A DNA stretch of 64,000 nucleotides from the human T2T-CHM13v2.0 reference genome, Homo sapiens. Shown here in pieces: positions 1-34,099 of the stretch. The first letter of the stretch is position 1. The number at the start of each line of letters is the position of its first letter. The notes under the pieces were generated by a model. That model ran no database searches. It saw only the letters and a program-made list of their open reading frames with translations, and was not told the DNA's origin. The position numbers were made by a program, and so were the translations under genes. The DNA is taken from the NCBI RefSeq assembly GCF_009914755.1, contig NC_060939.1; one strand, 5' to 3'.

Positions 1-320
1 TAATACAAAAATAATTCCTGAGTTAAGTGTTATTAGCTATATGGATCTAAAATGCTGGTTTTGAATAGAACACTTCTAATGAAGTATTCATTGTGTAAAA
101 GAATCCTAACAATTCACCTTACACAGTAAGAGCCGTGCCCAGCACAGTGTTTTGCTTTAGTACATGCTTTACAAATACTGGTGGAATAAATAATTTTCAT
201 TCCTTTCACATAATTTTATTAGAGTGTCTGATTAGTTCAACATTATTTCACATATTTTGATTAATATAGGATTTCAGAAATTAATGCCAGTCAAATTAAT
301 GTTTGACTTCAGAAAATTAG

Positions 321-503
<183 letters not shown>

Positions 504-743
504 TGATAATAGTTATCACCCTAGTTGGAATTGGATTCAAGAATGAAAGCGACTCCTGTGTACATAAATATACACAGCTTTCAATGGGGGGAATGTGAGT
601 ATGCTAACTTGTGCTTTCAACAGTCATTACACATTATCACAACTTTATATAGAAAAGGAATCTAAACAATTTTGTTTATTGTACTACCATTTGATTTTTA
701 AATTCTCTTTCACTGTTGTTTTCATTCCTTCGTTTTTGTTTAA

Positions 744-1871
<1,128 letters not shown>

Positions 1872-2089
1872 ACAGTTTTGTCTTTTATATATGGTTCTTT
1901 TTTCTTGTCCCCAGATATTTTTTTTAATCTTTTCCTATCTTAATCTGGCATTATCTATTTCATTGTTTTTCCAAAGAAATTGCTTTTGTAAATATTTATT
2001 CTTTATAACACATTTTGTTTTCTAGTCTGTTAATTTCAGTTTTTACTCTTTTATTTCAGTTTTTCACTCTTCCTAATTTTGTTGAATTT

Positions 2090-2360
2090 TTAAAAATTTA
2101 AATTTACATATGGTAAAGTTTACTTTTTTGGTGTACATTTCCATGAATATTTACACATGCATAGATTCTTGTAATCACCACAGACAGGACACAGAATGAT
2201 TTGAACAACTCCAGGAATTCCCAAGTGCTGCCCCTTTGTATTCACACTATCCTGCCACCCTAACCCCTGGCAACCACTGATATGCTTTTTGTTCCTTTAG
2301 TTTTGCTTTTTCCAGAATCTCATACATAGACTTAATGTAGTATGTAACCTTTTAAGACGG
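2090..2360 (-). mobile_element. Old L1M 3' fragment
   Basis: acccctggcaaccactgat...tttccagaat L1M 3'UTR-like text. Confidence 0.6.
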
Positions 2361-2567
2361 GATTTTCAGCCTGGGCAACAAAGTGAGACATCTCTACAAA
2401 AAATTAAAAAAAAATTAGCCGGGCATGGTGGCACACATCTGTAGTCCCAGCTACTTGAGTAGCTGAGGTGGAAGGGGAGGGGTTTTAGGTTGCAGTGAGC
2501 CAAGATCGTGCCACTGCACTCCAGCCTGGGTGACAGCGCAAGACTGTCTCAAAAAAAAAAAAAAAAA

Positions 2568-2802
2568 TTCTCGTAAGGAACATGCAGCCTAGAACCCTCG
2601 CAGGCACCTGTGCAGTTTAATAGGGTTCACACTCTTGTGAAAATGTAATGCCTCTGCTGATCTGACAGGAGGCAGAGCTCAGGCAATGAAGTGAGCAATG
2701 GGAGAGTAGCTGTAAATACAGATGAAGCTTTACTTGCTCCTCGCCTGCCTGCCCACCACTCACCTCCTGCTGTGTGGCCTGGTTCCTGGTTGGGGAGCCC
2801 TG
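2568..2802 (-). mobile_element. MER1A-like hAT-Charlie DNA transposon fragment
   Basis: gctgatctgacaggaggcagagctcaggc...gctgtaaatacagatgaagctt matches the MER1 reverse complement. Confidence 0.8.
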
Positions 2803-3153
2803 ACTCAAGCTTTACCCAATTTCTTTTGGTTTATTTTGCTTTTGTTCCCACTCATTCCTTAAGATGAATATACTGTTGAGCTAATCAATGGCTAACTTGC
2901 CCTAAGGCTTGAGGTTGGGGTTGAATAAACGAGAGGCCTTTATTCAGATCAGCAGGAGGGGTTTCCTCCAGTAGGATTGTTTTGTTCTGGCATCTTTTAA
3001 CTTTAAAGCTTCCCTTAAGCTGGTTTCTCTTCATGATTCTCCTTCCAGGTGACCATCTCTTTCCCTTGGCTCTTTGGGCCCAGCAGTGGTGAATTTCCAT
3101 TTTTGTTGGTTCTAGGTTACTGGACTACTCTTTGTGGTTTCCTGCTTCTCACA

Positions 3154-3290
3154 GTTGACCTAAAAGGAAGAAGCTGAGGCAAAATAAGCAGAAAGTTTGT
3201 TTGGGCCAACTTGAGCATTGCAACCTGGGAGCAGAGGTTCAAGTTGCCCTGAATATACACTCCAATTAGCAGCAGTTATAAGTAGATTTT
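3154..3290. mobile_element. ERV1-class LTR fragment (subfamily uncertain)
   Basis: gttgacctaaaaggaagaagctgaggcaaaa...gttcaagttgccctgaatatacactcc resembles MER-type LTR termini. Confidence 0.5.
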
Positions 3291-3651
3291 TTTTTTTTTC
3301 CGAGACTATGTCTCTACAGAAAATTAAAAAATTAGCTGGGCATGGTGGCTCGCACCTGTATTCCCAGCTACTCCAGAGGCTGAGGCAGGAGGGTTGTTTG
3401 AGCCTGGGAGGTCAAGGCTGCAGTGAGCTGTGATCACACCACTTCATTCCAGTCTGGGTAACAGAGTGAGACCTGTCTCAAAAAAAAAAAATTTTCAGGA
3501 AATTAAAGTGTTAATTGCTGCCATCTAATCCTTAGACTTCATTCAGGATTCACTGATTGTCCTAGTAAGATCCTTACAGCAAAAAGATTAAGTTCAGCAT
3601 CACTTGTTGCATTTAGTTATCTTAACTCTAGTCTAATTCAGTCTGGAATAG

Positions 3652-4119
<468 letters not shown>

Positions 4120-4401
4120 TGATACCAGTATCACTGAATTTACTTTGATTGCTTGATTAAGGTGGTGTCTGCCAGATTTTTTTCACTGTAAAGTTACTCT
4201 TTCTCTTCTTTGTAATTAATAAATATTTTGTATTTAATAAATATTTTGTAGGAAGTACTTTGAAACTATGTATTCCGGCCCTCATCAGACTTTCAAATTA
4301 TTTATATCTGTGATCCATGGTTATATTATATATTATATCTTTGATTCATGGTTTCTCATTTTATACAGTGGATTACAACCTGTTACTATCATTGCTTATT
4401 G

Positions 4402-4793
4402 TGTTAAAAGAAAAATTTTAGACAAATTTAACAGAGCTTAATTGAGCAAAGAAGAATTTACAAATAAGGCAGCCCCTAGAACTACGATAGGTTCAGATAC
4501 AGCCTGAGGCTGCCACATGGTTGGATAACACTTTTGGACAGAAAAAGGAAAGTGACATACAGAAAACAGAGGGATGAGGTACAGAAACAGCTGGATTGGT
4601 TACAGCTCATTTTCTTCATTTGAACACAGTTTGAACAGTTGGCTGTCTGTGATTGGTTGAAACTTGGCTACTTGTTACAAAAGTAGGTTACAGTCTGTTT
4701 ATACATTTAGTTAGGTTATAATCACTATGTATGGAGAAACCCTTAGGACAAACTTAAAATCTGCAAGGAGACAGCTTTAGGCTAAACTTAACA
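4402..4793 (-). mobile_element. Solo ERV1 LTR, MER57-like
   Basis: TG...CA termini, 4-bp TSD attg (4398-4401, 4794-4797), two ATTGG (CCAAT) boxes. Confidence 0.8.
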
Positions 4794-5134
4794 ATTGTGA
4801 TGCTCATTTTGTTCCTGTTAGTGGAAAATGATATTTAGAAACCAAGTTCTGGGTGCTAGATGTGATCATTTCTGTTGGGGTATCACTGTTTTCAGGTCCT
4901 CTTGGTAAAGTTAGACAAAGCTAGGGAATATATATTTGCATATACATTTTCATATATATACACATACATTTATCTATTTCTTTTTCAATCTATATTGAAG
5001 CCTATGAATTCTCACTGATTCTGATCTAATACCATACAATTCATTCTTTTTTGTTTCCTTGACTCTACATTAAAGGAAAATAATTCATTCTTGCTTTCTT
5101 CCTCTCCTAATTTATAACTCCTTTATCTGATGAT

Positions 5135-5535
5135 GAGGCTGGCTGTGGTGGTGTGCAACTGTAGTCCTAGCTACTTGGAGGCCACGGCAACTCCTTGAGC
5201 CCAGGAATTCAAAGCTGTAGTGGGCTGTGATTGTACCACTGCACTCCAGCCTGGGAGACAGAGTGAGACCCTTAAAAACAAAAAACAAAGAAAAAGAATA
5301 ATGAAAAATGAAAGCCAAGTTTCTCATTATCACCTGTAGCTCGCTCTCTCTCTCCCTCTCTCTCTCTCTCTCTGTCTCTCTCTTTTTTTAGAGACAGGGT
5401 CTCACTTTGTTGCTTACCCTGGAGCGCAGCTGCATGATCATAGCTGATTGCAACCTTGAACTCCTGGGCTCAAGTGATCCTCCCACCTCCGACTCTTGAT
5501 TAGCTGGGACTTCAGGCATGAGCCACTGCCCAGCG
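5135..5535. mobile_element. Two inverted monomeric Alu-family elements (FRAM/FAM-like) separated by a (CT)n tract
   Basis: sense copy ~5135-5300, (CT)n ~5344-5383, antisense copy ~5385-5535. Confidence 0.75.
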
Positions 5536-5973
5536 GATGTCTCTCCGTTTTGGATCCATACTTCCTTGTTCAAATAAAACTAACTTGAAGGAAGGGGTGG
5601 GGCAGAGAGATTTGTTTGACTGTCTCTGTGGTTACTTGCCTGGGTATCTGTTGTTCCTGAGGTGGGAGATCTTTAGTTGTAACTATGAACTTTCCAAGGT
5701 TGACAGTGAGGTATTAAGAGATGACAAATGGAAGTACAAAGATTTTTCAGAGGGAGTCATGTGACATGGTTGTTCTCCTGTTTTGTCCAGAGCTCTGATG
5801 TTCTGAAGGATTGAAATGAAAAGGATACATTTTATATTTTATGGTGATACAGTCCTGGGGTCAACCTCACTGAAGAGAGGCCTTTATCTGGGGACATTAT
5901 GTGGGGCTTCAAGGTAGGGACCTCTCTCAAAGTGTGCTTTGAAATAAGTAAGTATAGCTTAAGATGCAGATCA

Positions 5974-6326
<353 letters not shown>

Positions 6327-7518
6327 TCATTTTCCTTTCTCCAAATATAATATTTATGTCTCCTCTTTATTCATATTCTACTATGTACTGGTATTGAACT
6401 GTTTACTGACTCTATGGTCTATCTCTCCAACTATATGATAAGTTTGTTGTGGACTGAAGACAGTGTTTGAAAGGTTTTTCAAACCTCTCTCAGTGTCCTG
6501 TGTGGTGCTGGGTTCCTGTTAGGAACTCAATAAATACTTTCTTCCAAGATTAAGAGAATTCTAGTTCTGGGACTTGGATGGTTCAAGACTCATTTCTTTC
6601 AAAATAATGACTCTTCTTTCTTTCCGTTGGGTATGGCATAGATTTCATTTGGCTTTGTTCGTGTTTACCTTCATTTCAAAATTTCTGTTGTAGTCTCTCC
6701 CTTCTCTTGTTCTTTGGGAACTGTTTAAATACCAATTTCCATGGTATGCATTGCATGGATAAATGTAAAATGTGGACGAACATGGGAAATAAATCTCTGT
6801 ATTTCACAGCATAAAATGGAGAAGGCAAATAGGAAATCTAGACTCATTTGTCAAAGTTACATATAGGCTGTTGCCTGGAAAAATCTGCAATTTATCAGGG
6901 ATAGTATCTGGTCCACACTTGGGCCAGGGCCCAAATTATGTCAGTTAACTTCTAGCTAGGCTTACAATGGGAATAGATGCATCTATAAACATTTATATTG
7001 GGTAGAGACCCAAAGATGAATGGCCTGTAGTGGGATTGAAGGAACAGCCCAGAATTTACCTGACATTTATGAAGTGTGGACAGTATTTCCTGAAACTGTG
7101 GGTTTATGTTTGCAAAGCTGGCACAGATGACACTTTCCCTTGTTAGACTGTTCACACTTTGGGTAAGCTACTGCCAAGTGGACAGTGGCTTATGTAAGGC
7201 TTGGATGCCTTGTGAGTGGAGCTATAGTATGCTTTCCCATGCTATATACATTGGGAAATTAAATAGAAAATTTTAATTACTAATTAAAATGAAAAATATT
7301 AAGTTGTCTAAGCATAAACAGAAAAACACTATTTATGTCTATAATATAACAAAACAAGGTTCAGCTTAGTATCCTCATTATATTTAGGTATTCTTAATTA
7401 CTGTATTTACATCAGAATTTAAGATCTTGAAGGAACATTAGATATATTATCTAGAAATAAAACAAAAGTCTGAAAGAGTAATTTCACCACCAAAATGTTA
7501 AGAATGTATTATCTCTGA

Positions 7519-9831
<2,313 letters not shown>

Positions 9832-9861
9832 TAATGGTTTATGTGAGGGTTTTTGATATCA

Positions 9862-15720
<5,859 letters not shown>

Positions 15721-15724
15721 AAAT

Positions 15725-16170
<446 letters not shown>

Positions 16171-16219
16171 AACAGGGAGTGTAGTCTTGAGTTAGCAGCT
16201 CCTTTGTCCCTAATTACGT

Positions 16220-16340
16220 GTATTACTTTGTTTAATCTTCACAACAAACCTGTATTACAGATACAAAAATAAACATTTTATACCTAAAGAAACTGAAGTT
16301 TACAAAGTTTAAGTAACTTGCCCAAGATCACACAGCTTTG
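16220..16340. mobile_element. MIR fragment
   Basis: gaaactgaag...aagtaacttgcccaagatcacacagct MIR core. Confidence 0.7.
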
Positions 16341-16644
16341 AAGTATAAGAATACACTACACCTTGGAATCGTATCAGAGTTGTCACAGAATTGAAGGGAA
16401 AGTTGAAAAATGGGCAAGAAGGCATGGGATGCTAAGCAGCAGGGACCCCAGGCAGAACCATATCACAGAATCATCTGATTTGAGCACACACTTGGCACTT
16501 CTACCACTGTATGCCCAGCAGCAGTGCTATTGGATCCTTGATGCCAGCATGGACAATTTATTAACTATTCTTTATTTTTATGTCTTTCTTTCAAAATTCA
16601 AATGATAATCTAGTTGTCAAGTGACATCTAGTTGTCTGGCCCCG

Positions 16645-16952
16645 TTTCTTTCTTTCTTTTTTTTTTTTTTTGAGATGGAGTCTCACTCTGTCGCCTAGGC
16701 TGGAGGGCAGTGGCACGATCTCAGCTCATTGCACTTCCGCTTCCTGGGTTCAAGCGATTCTCCTGCCTCCGCTTCCCAAGTAGCTGGGATTATAGGTGCC
16801 CGCCACCATGCCTGGGTAATTTTTTGTATTTTTAGTAGAGACAGGGTTTCGCCATGTTGGCCAGGCCTGTCTCGAACTCCTGACCTCAGGTGATCCACCC
16901 ACCTCATCCTCCCAAAGTGTTGGAATTACAGGCCTGAGCCACCGCGCCTGGC
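16645..16952 (-). mobile_element. AluS
   Basis: Alu consensus, flanking tgtctggcc repeat. Confidence 0.9.
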
Positions 16953-17865
16953 CCTGTCTGGCCTCATTTCATGTGCTAGTGTTGTCCTAGATGGAGAGGA
17001 ATATCTGGCCTGTTTGGCTTCTATAGTAGAGCATTGAGCTGTGCTTCCCACCAAGACTGACACAACCAAAGATTCAAAGGAAGAGTATTTTGATGCTGGG
17101 CAACAATACAAAGGGTAAATATCCGCTGTACCAGCTGTGGGTATGCAGATGCCCACGTAGCATTCTGCTGAAGACTGGCTGAACTAGGAAGCTGTGCCTT
17201 CCCCATAAAGCTGGCTATTTTTTCCTGAGACCAGAGTCTGCCTAACAGAGCTCAGTAGGACTTCCAAGCAGTATACCAAGTACAGGAGTTTTCACATGAG
17301 GACCTCTGCCTATTTCTGATTCACTAAAGCAGGGGTAAATGACCAGCAGAACCAGCCAGCTCTTAGGGTCAATCTGAGGAGGGAGTGTGTAGAAAATAAA
17401 TGCATGTGGAAAACACCTCCCTAACTTCTGGTCTTACTGATCTTCAGTATGGTATCCTAAGACCCTGAATTTGTATGTTATTGGGCAATATTTCACTGCA
17501 GCTTTACCTGATTAACCATATTAAATGTTTTCTTACGAGAGATACAGAATTATTTTGCTTGCATATCTTTGCTCTTCTACACTCTCTTTGCCTTAAGTTT
17601 AGAGACCATATTACTTTTGTATCTTATCTTCAGAGTCTAGTATTGTGTCTAGATACACTAGGCACTTAAAAAATTTGACCGGCTGAATGAATGAATTTTC
17701 CTTAGCTATCTTTTTATGAAGCTAAATTGATTCTTATGAAATGGTAGTGAATTAATAGTCATGTATGTTTGAAATATTTTATATTTTTTTAGATTAGAAA
17801 ATAATTCTAAATCTGCTATGAGAAGAAGGACCACAGTGATATTTCCTCTGCTTTTGTTGTTACAG

Positions 17866-17982
17866 GTTTTCCAGGATTTAGGGATGGAAGTACTGTCTGG
17901 AGTTGCCAAAGGCTATAACATATGCCTTTTTGCTTATGGACAGACAGGCTCTGGGAAGACATATACCATGCTGGGGACCCCA
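17866..17982 (+). CDS. STARD9: STARD9 exon ~4 (117 nt), P-loop: [39 protein letters not shown]
   Basis: tacag|GTT acceptor, CCA|gtgagt donor; Walker A GQTGSGKT. Confidence 0.97.
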
Positions 17983-18133
17983 GTGAGTATTACAATGATA
18001 TATATTCCTAATGCCACAGCAAGCCTGAACCTTGCATTGTCCTTACTACTGTGAGACAGAATATGATTTCTGTAGGCAGTCAACTTTAAAGAAGATTGAA
18101 TGAGCCTTCTTCTGTTTTAAGAATGAGTTTTTC

Positions 18134-18638
<505 letters not shown>

Positions 18639-19023
18639 TTAACCCCTCTTTATTAAACCCTGAAGAGCCTTAGAATTTTACAGCTCCCTTTGACAAAGCA
18701 GTTCTTGTCAGTCCTGCTGAATTTCTACTTATCTCCAGGTTCATTATTTGGATCTGTTTTGCACCTTTGTTGTGGACAAGACCTGGACTAAATCTCAAGT
18801 GCATGCTAGAGCTGTGCAGAGATTTGATTATTGTGGCCAAGCTCCAAGCCTACATGTGTTAGATCTGTGTGTTGGAAGAAAGCAGGAGAACTAGCTCCTG
18901 AGTCAGGGGCTTTCAAAAGTATGCAGGATTTAATGAGAGGCTTCCTTTATCACAGAAAATCAGGAGGGCAGAGTTGCTTAAGAATACCTTTTTGTTTTGG
19001 GTTTAGAAATATCCTGGTCGGGG

Positions 19024-20525
<1,502 letters not shown>

Positions 20526-20917
20526 TAAATGTGTATTTTGAATACTCATATACTCTTGTCCGCCTGTAAGGACTGGAGGTATAGGGGGCTGGGGGAACAT
20601 TGGTAAAGTGTTTTTATCCAAGAATAATGTAATCTTCATTGCATAAAAGCAGGTATCTGGGTTTGCCGGCTTCTCCTCTTTTCCTTCTTATGGTGATACA
20701 TATTCCTCTCATTTGGTACATTTCTCCCATGAGTGTCTCTCAGAGCACTGGCACATAAAAGTCTTCTATATTCCCCAGTGAAACTGCCTGGAGTGAAGAG
20801 GCTAGCACAAGGAGTCCATGCACTCATCCCCCATGCTGAGGATGGTTCCTGGGTATTCTGTGGGGGAGAGCATCATCTTAAGTAAACAATAATGCTTTCC
20901 TTTCTTCTGTTCACCAG

Positions 20918-20950
20918 GCCTCTGTTGGGTTGACACCACGGATATGTGAG
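20918..20950 (+). CDS. STARD9: STARD9 exon ~5 (33 nt): ASVGLTPRICE
   Basis: caccag|GCC, GAG|gtatag; kinesin GxxPR motif. Confidence 0.95.
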
Positions 20951-21036
20951 GTATAGACTATCTTTTGGCTGGATCCTCTCAAAGTAGGTCTCTCTACAAT
21001 TCCTACAATGAAACCCCAACCCTCTGGTTTGTGCAG

Positions 21037-21098
21037 GGTCTCTTCGTCAGGGAGAAAGACTGTGCCTCACTGCCTTCCTCCTGTAGGATAAAAGTAAG
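21037..21098 (+). CDS. STARD9: STARD9 exon ~6 (62 nt): GLFVREKDCASLPSSCRIKV(S)
   Basis: gtgcag|GGT, AAG|gtaaga; phase 2 matches next exon. Confidence 0.95.
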
Positions 21099-21710
21099 GT
21101 AAGAACCTCCCAAGCTCTGGGACCTACAGTAGTTCTTCTTCTACTCCAAATTCTACCATGTTCAGCTGTCCTCTCTTTGCTTCCAGAGTCACCACAGGGA
21201 TGGAGAAAAGCCACAGAAGAAATATCTTGCAGTACAAGAGCTGAGAAAGATACTTAGGCCCTTGGTTGTAGGAAACTTAATTTCCTACCCATAGACTTAA
21301 CAAGCAGGTCTTTCCTTCTGTGGCCCAACTTACCCTGGCTGTCTAGTAGCCCTTGAGATGCCTTCACAGAACAATAGAGCTCAACGGTCATGTTTGAAAT
21401 TCACTCAAGAAACAACCTCTGTGGCTGGGTGCGGTGAATCTGGGAGGCGGAGGTTGCAGTGAGCCAAGATTGTGCCACTGCACTCCAACCTGTGAGACAG
21501 AGCGAGACTCTGTCTCAAAAATAAAAAATACAAAAAACTCTATTGTATATGTATGGAAAGAGAATCAAGGGGGAACCTTGGCTTGATCAATGCCTTAGAG
21601 TGTCAGAAGTGGAGCTGGAACAAGAACTAAGACCTCCTGATTTTTAGCTCAATGTTGTTTCTACTTTTTTTCAAAATATAATTATGTTGCCTTTTTCTAC
21701 TTATCTCTAG

Positions 21711-21823
21711 TTTTCTAGAAATCTATAATGAACGGGTGCGGGATCTGTTGAAGCAATCTGGTCAAAAAAAGTCCTATACCCTGCGGGTCAGGGAGCATCC
21801 AGAGATGGGGCCCTATGTACAAG
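21711..21823 (+). CDS. STARD9: STARD9 exon ~7 (113 nt): [37 protein letters not shown](G)
   Basis: ctctag|T, AAG|gtgagc; EIYNE..DLL and VREHP kinesin-3 motifs. Confidence 0.97.
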
Positions 21824-21889
21824 GTGAGCTACTGTGGTCCTGGAGATCTGAAACCAAACTGAAGCCTGGGAAGCTCTCCTAATGTTCCC

Positions 21890-22330
21890 TAATTCATTGA
21901 ACATAGGTGTAATGAACACTTATCGTGTGCCAGCTACTGTACTAGACACTGAATATGTATTGATAAATAGAGAAGACGTGGTCCTGCCCTCAGGCAAGCT
22001 TACAATCTAGTGGGTGTGAGTCAGGAAACAAACAATTACAAGTAGTGATAAAGGTTAATAAATAAATGGATGTCAATGGCAAAGAACGTTGGAAAGTGTT
22101 GGTGGCCCACCTGTATGAGGTGATCAGGAAGAGCTTCTCTGAGGAGGAAACGTTTAAGCTGAGACCTGAAAGGAGTATAGTCGTGTGAAGAATGACGTAA
22201 CGTGGTGAGAAGTGTTTCAGGAAGAGGGAGTGGAATGGACTAGAGCCCTGGGAGAAGGCTTGATGTTTTCAAGGGGCCAGTGTGGCTAAAGCATGGTGAA
22301 TGAGAGGGAAAACTGTAGGGAATGTGGTGG
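21890..22330 (-). mobile_element. L2 fragment
   Basis: attcatt...tgtgccag...ggtcctgccctc...agcttacaatctagtggg...tttaagctgagacctgaa. Confidence 0.75.
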
Positions 22331-22589
22331 GGTCTGCAGGCGCCCAATATGGCATGGCCTCTACTGGTTCCCTGGTAAACCAGTCCCCTTTCTCTGCCAT
22401 TGGTGGTGGTAGTCAGACATCAGACATGGGGTAGGATTTGATGTGTTTCCTAACCAAATACTGGTGTTTGGTGCTTGGTACCATCTGTCTTATATCATTA
22501 AGGTAGGTCCTGCTATTAAGTAGCAACAGTTGGGTTCTTTTATAGGCGAAGTTTTTACCCTTCCAGGCCACTTATAAGAAGTAATATAT

Positions 22590-23904
<1,315 letters not shown>

Positions 23905-24371
23905 TCAGATATCCGCATTATACAGAAAACAATGAAATCTGGAGAAAGTTAAGGGTTGTTCCCAAAGTCACACAGTTAGAGTTGGGACAGAATTGAAACT
24001 GGGAAACTTGCATTGCATTGGAAGAGAAGAATGGAACAGAATCCTGTATATCAAGAACCTGGAAGGAGACCTAGGTTCCTAGATGATTTGATTGGTATAG
24101 TACCTGCAACTCAGAAAATATGACTCTTGGAAGGTCATATAGCTTGGGTCATGTGTCCAATGTCAATGACAGGATCAGGATTCAAATCTCAGGGTTCATG
24201 GTGCAAAGTTCAGGACACTTTTGGATACCTTTATGGAGTGAATCCTTGAAGGGAGGGAGGTAGGAAATACTACATTCTAAACCAATAAAAAATCTCTTAG
24301 ATTCTGTGTTACAAGTTTCTTGAAGCCATTCTGGACTTTCTTAAACCATTACAAATACAGGTGGACATTTC

Positions 24372-24595
24372 GTTGTTTTGTTTTTTTTTAAATTATACTT
24401 TAAGTACTAGGGTACATCTGCACAATGTGCAGGGTTGTTACATATGTATGCATGTGCCATGTTGGTGTGCTGCACCCATTAACTCTTCATTTACATCGGG
24501 TATATCTCCTAATGCTTTCCCTCCCCCCACCCCACAACAGGCCCCTGTGTGTGATGTTCCCCTTCCTGTGTCCAAGTGTTCTCATTGTTCAATTC
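24372..24595 (-). mobile_element. 5'-truncated L1PA 3' end (~225 bp)
   Basis: ttatactttaag..tagggtacat L1PA terminus; perfect 15-bp TSD acaggtggacatttc at 24357-24371 and 24596-24610. Confidence 0.93.
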
Positions 24596-24610
24596 ACAGG
24601 TGGACATTTC

Positions 24611-24916
<306 letters not shown>

Positions 24917-25793
24917 GACATTTCTTAATGAAGGAGCCATGAGCTGAAATAGTATAGAACCAGCCTTGGAAGCTAGGACCCTGAGTAGTCACACTGAACT
25001 ATGTTATTCTCATCATCACCCTCTGATGAGATCTTAGTAAACTTTTTTAAAAAAATGTTTTCTTTCTTTATTGATACATATATCTTATCTATCTGCCTGT
25101 CCATCTGTCTTAAGGCTTATCCATTCTGTGAATATGACTTTAAAGTGGAAAGTGGTTTCTGGCATGAAACCAATTCTACAGAAATTTATTGAGTACCTAC
25201 AAGATGCCTATACTATTCCAGGTGCCATGGGAAATATGAAAATATAAGCCCTTAAAGAACTTGCAGTTCCAGTTCAGAATTGTGAGATGGACCTTGATAG
25301 CTACCTAAATCCAAAGAAAGGAAAAGAGTAGCCTTTCCATTAAAAAGTTTATTTATTAGTCGAGAGATTAAGTTGAAATCTGAAATGCACAAGGGCCTGC
25401 CCAAAGCACACATAAGAGGCCAGTGGTTATAGGATCTAAACTGATCTCTAAGTGAGACAAAGACAATATTGTATTTTTACTGTGGCCTTTATTTTAATAT
25501 AAAGGTACAGGTGCAAACCAAGAAGCAGGTAGTTGGAACTTGAGAAAAATTCTGTATTTCCTGTGTACTCAATCTATAAGTCACAGGAGTTTCCCCCCAA
25601 CCCCAACCATTTAGTTCTTGTGCCTTTTTTTTCTTGCCTTTCTGCATAAACTAGGACCTCTAGTACAATAGTAAATAAAAGTGGTGACAGTCTTGTTCTC
25701 AGAGGAAAGCTTCACCATTTTACCATTAAGTAATATATTTGCAATAGTGATTGTTTTTAATAGATATTCTATATGCTTCTCAAACTGTAGTGA

Positions 25794-26765
<972 letters not shown>

Positions 26766-27046
26766 CCTCTTTTGTAGTATATTTATTTATAGCTATAAAT
26801 TTCCTTGTAAGCATGACTTTAGCTGTATTGCACCAGTTTTAATGTGTAGTATTTTCATCATCAATCAGTTTAAAGTATATATAATTTCCAATATGATTTC
26901 TTTTGACTCATGGATTTAGAAGTGTGTTTCTTTATTTTTTAACACTCAGGGATTTTCTAGTTGTATTTTTGTTATAGGTATCTAGTTTAATAGTATTGAG
27001 TTCAGAGAACATGCTCCACATAATTTCACCTAAAACAACATGTATA

Positions 27047-30144
<3,098 letters not shown>

Positions 30145-30159
30145 GTATAGCACAGTTTG

Positions 30160-33300
<3,141 letters not shown>

Positions 33301-34029
33301 TTTAGCAATAAGCCCATGAAGTTACTTTGTTTTTGAATCTCTCATACAGAGATTCTCTGGAACAGTTGGGAAGGCCTTTGGGACTTGGTCAGTAACCAGC
33401 CATGAAGATTTACTTTCATGCCCGTAGGCTCCTCTTCACCTATCTAAAGCCTCCCCATTCTATAGTGGCTAAATTTAAGTCTCACTTCTTCTGTGGAACC
33501 TGTCCTGACCACGCCTCTGATCTCCTCATCATGTATCATCTTTCCAACTCCTGTGGCACTTGGCCATATTGTCTTGTGTAGTGTAACTTACCATGATTGT
33601 AAACTGTGGGAGGACAGAGATGAGTGTACTGTGTATTTTGTATGCCAAACCGAGTCTGCCACCTTGTGGGGAAAACAACACTGGCCTACCTCAGGGACTT
33701 TGTGAGGGCCAAATGAGAACAGTTCTTATAACCTATATAGCAGAACTGTAAGGAATTATAGTTGTTGTTAGCATATGGTCTATATGACTTATAGACCATA
33801 ATCTCTGTGAGGACAGAGACCTATATTCCTAGAGTCTATCATATACCTGACAAGAGGTTTCCAATAAATATTTCTTGATTTAATTTATTATCTGAATGAA
33901 TTTGGCCAGATTCCCTCATTTTTGTCTATTAAACAATATGAAATAGGAATGATAAAGACTTACAAGAAAAGGTTAAAGTTTACCAAAAATCTCATTTAAT
34001 TTCTTTTTTCCGTTTCACAAATCCGATAG

Positions 34030-34099
34030 GTTTATCTCAACATGTAGTTACCAATTATAAGCAAGTAATCCAACTCTTGGAGGAGGGAATTGCAAACAG
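34030..34099 (+). CDS. STARD9: STARD9 exon ~8 (70 nt): LSQHVVTNYKQVIQLLEEGIAN(R)
   Basis: gatag|GT, CAG|gtaaca; phases consistent. Confidence 0.95.
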
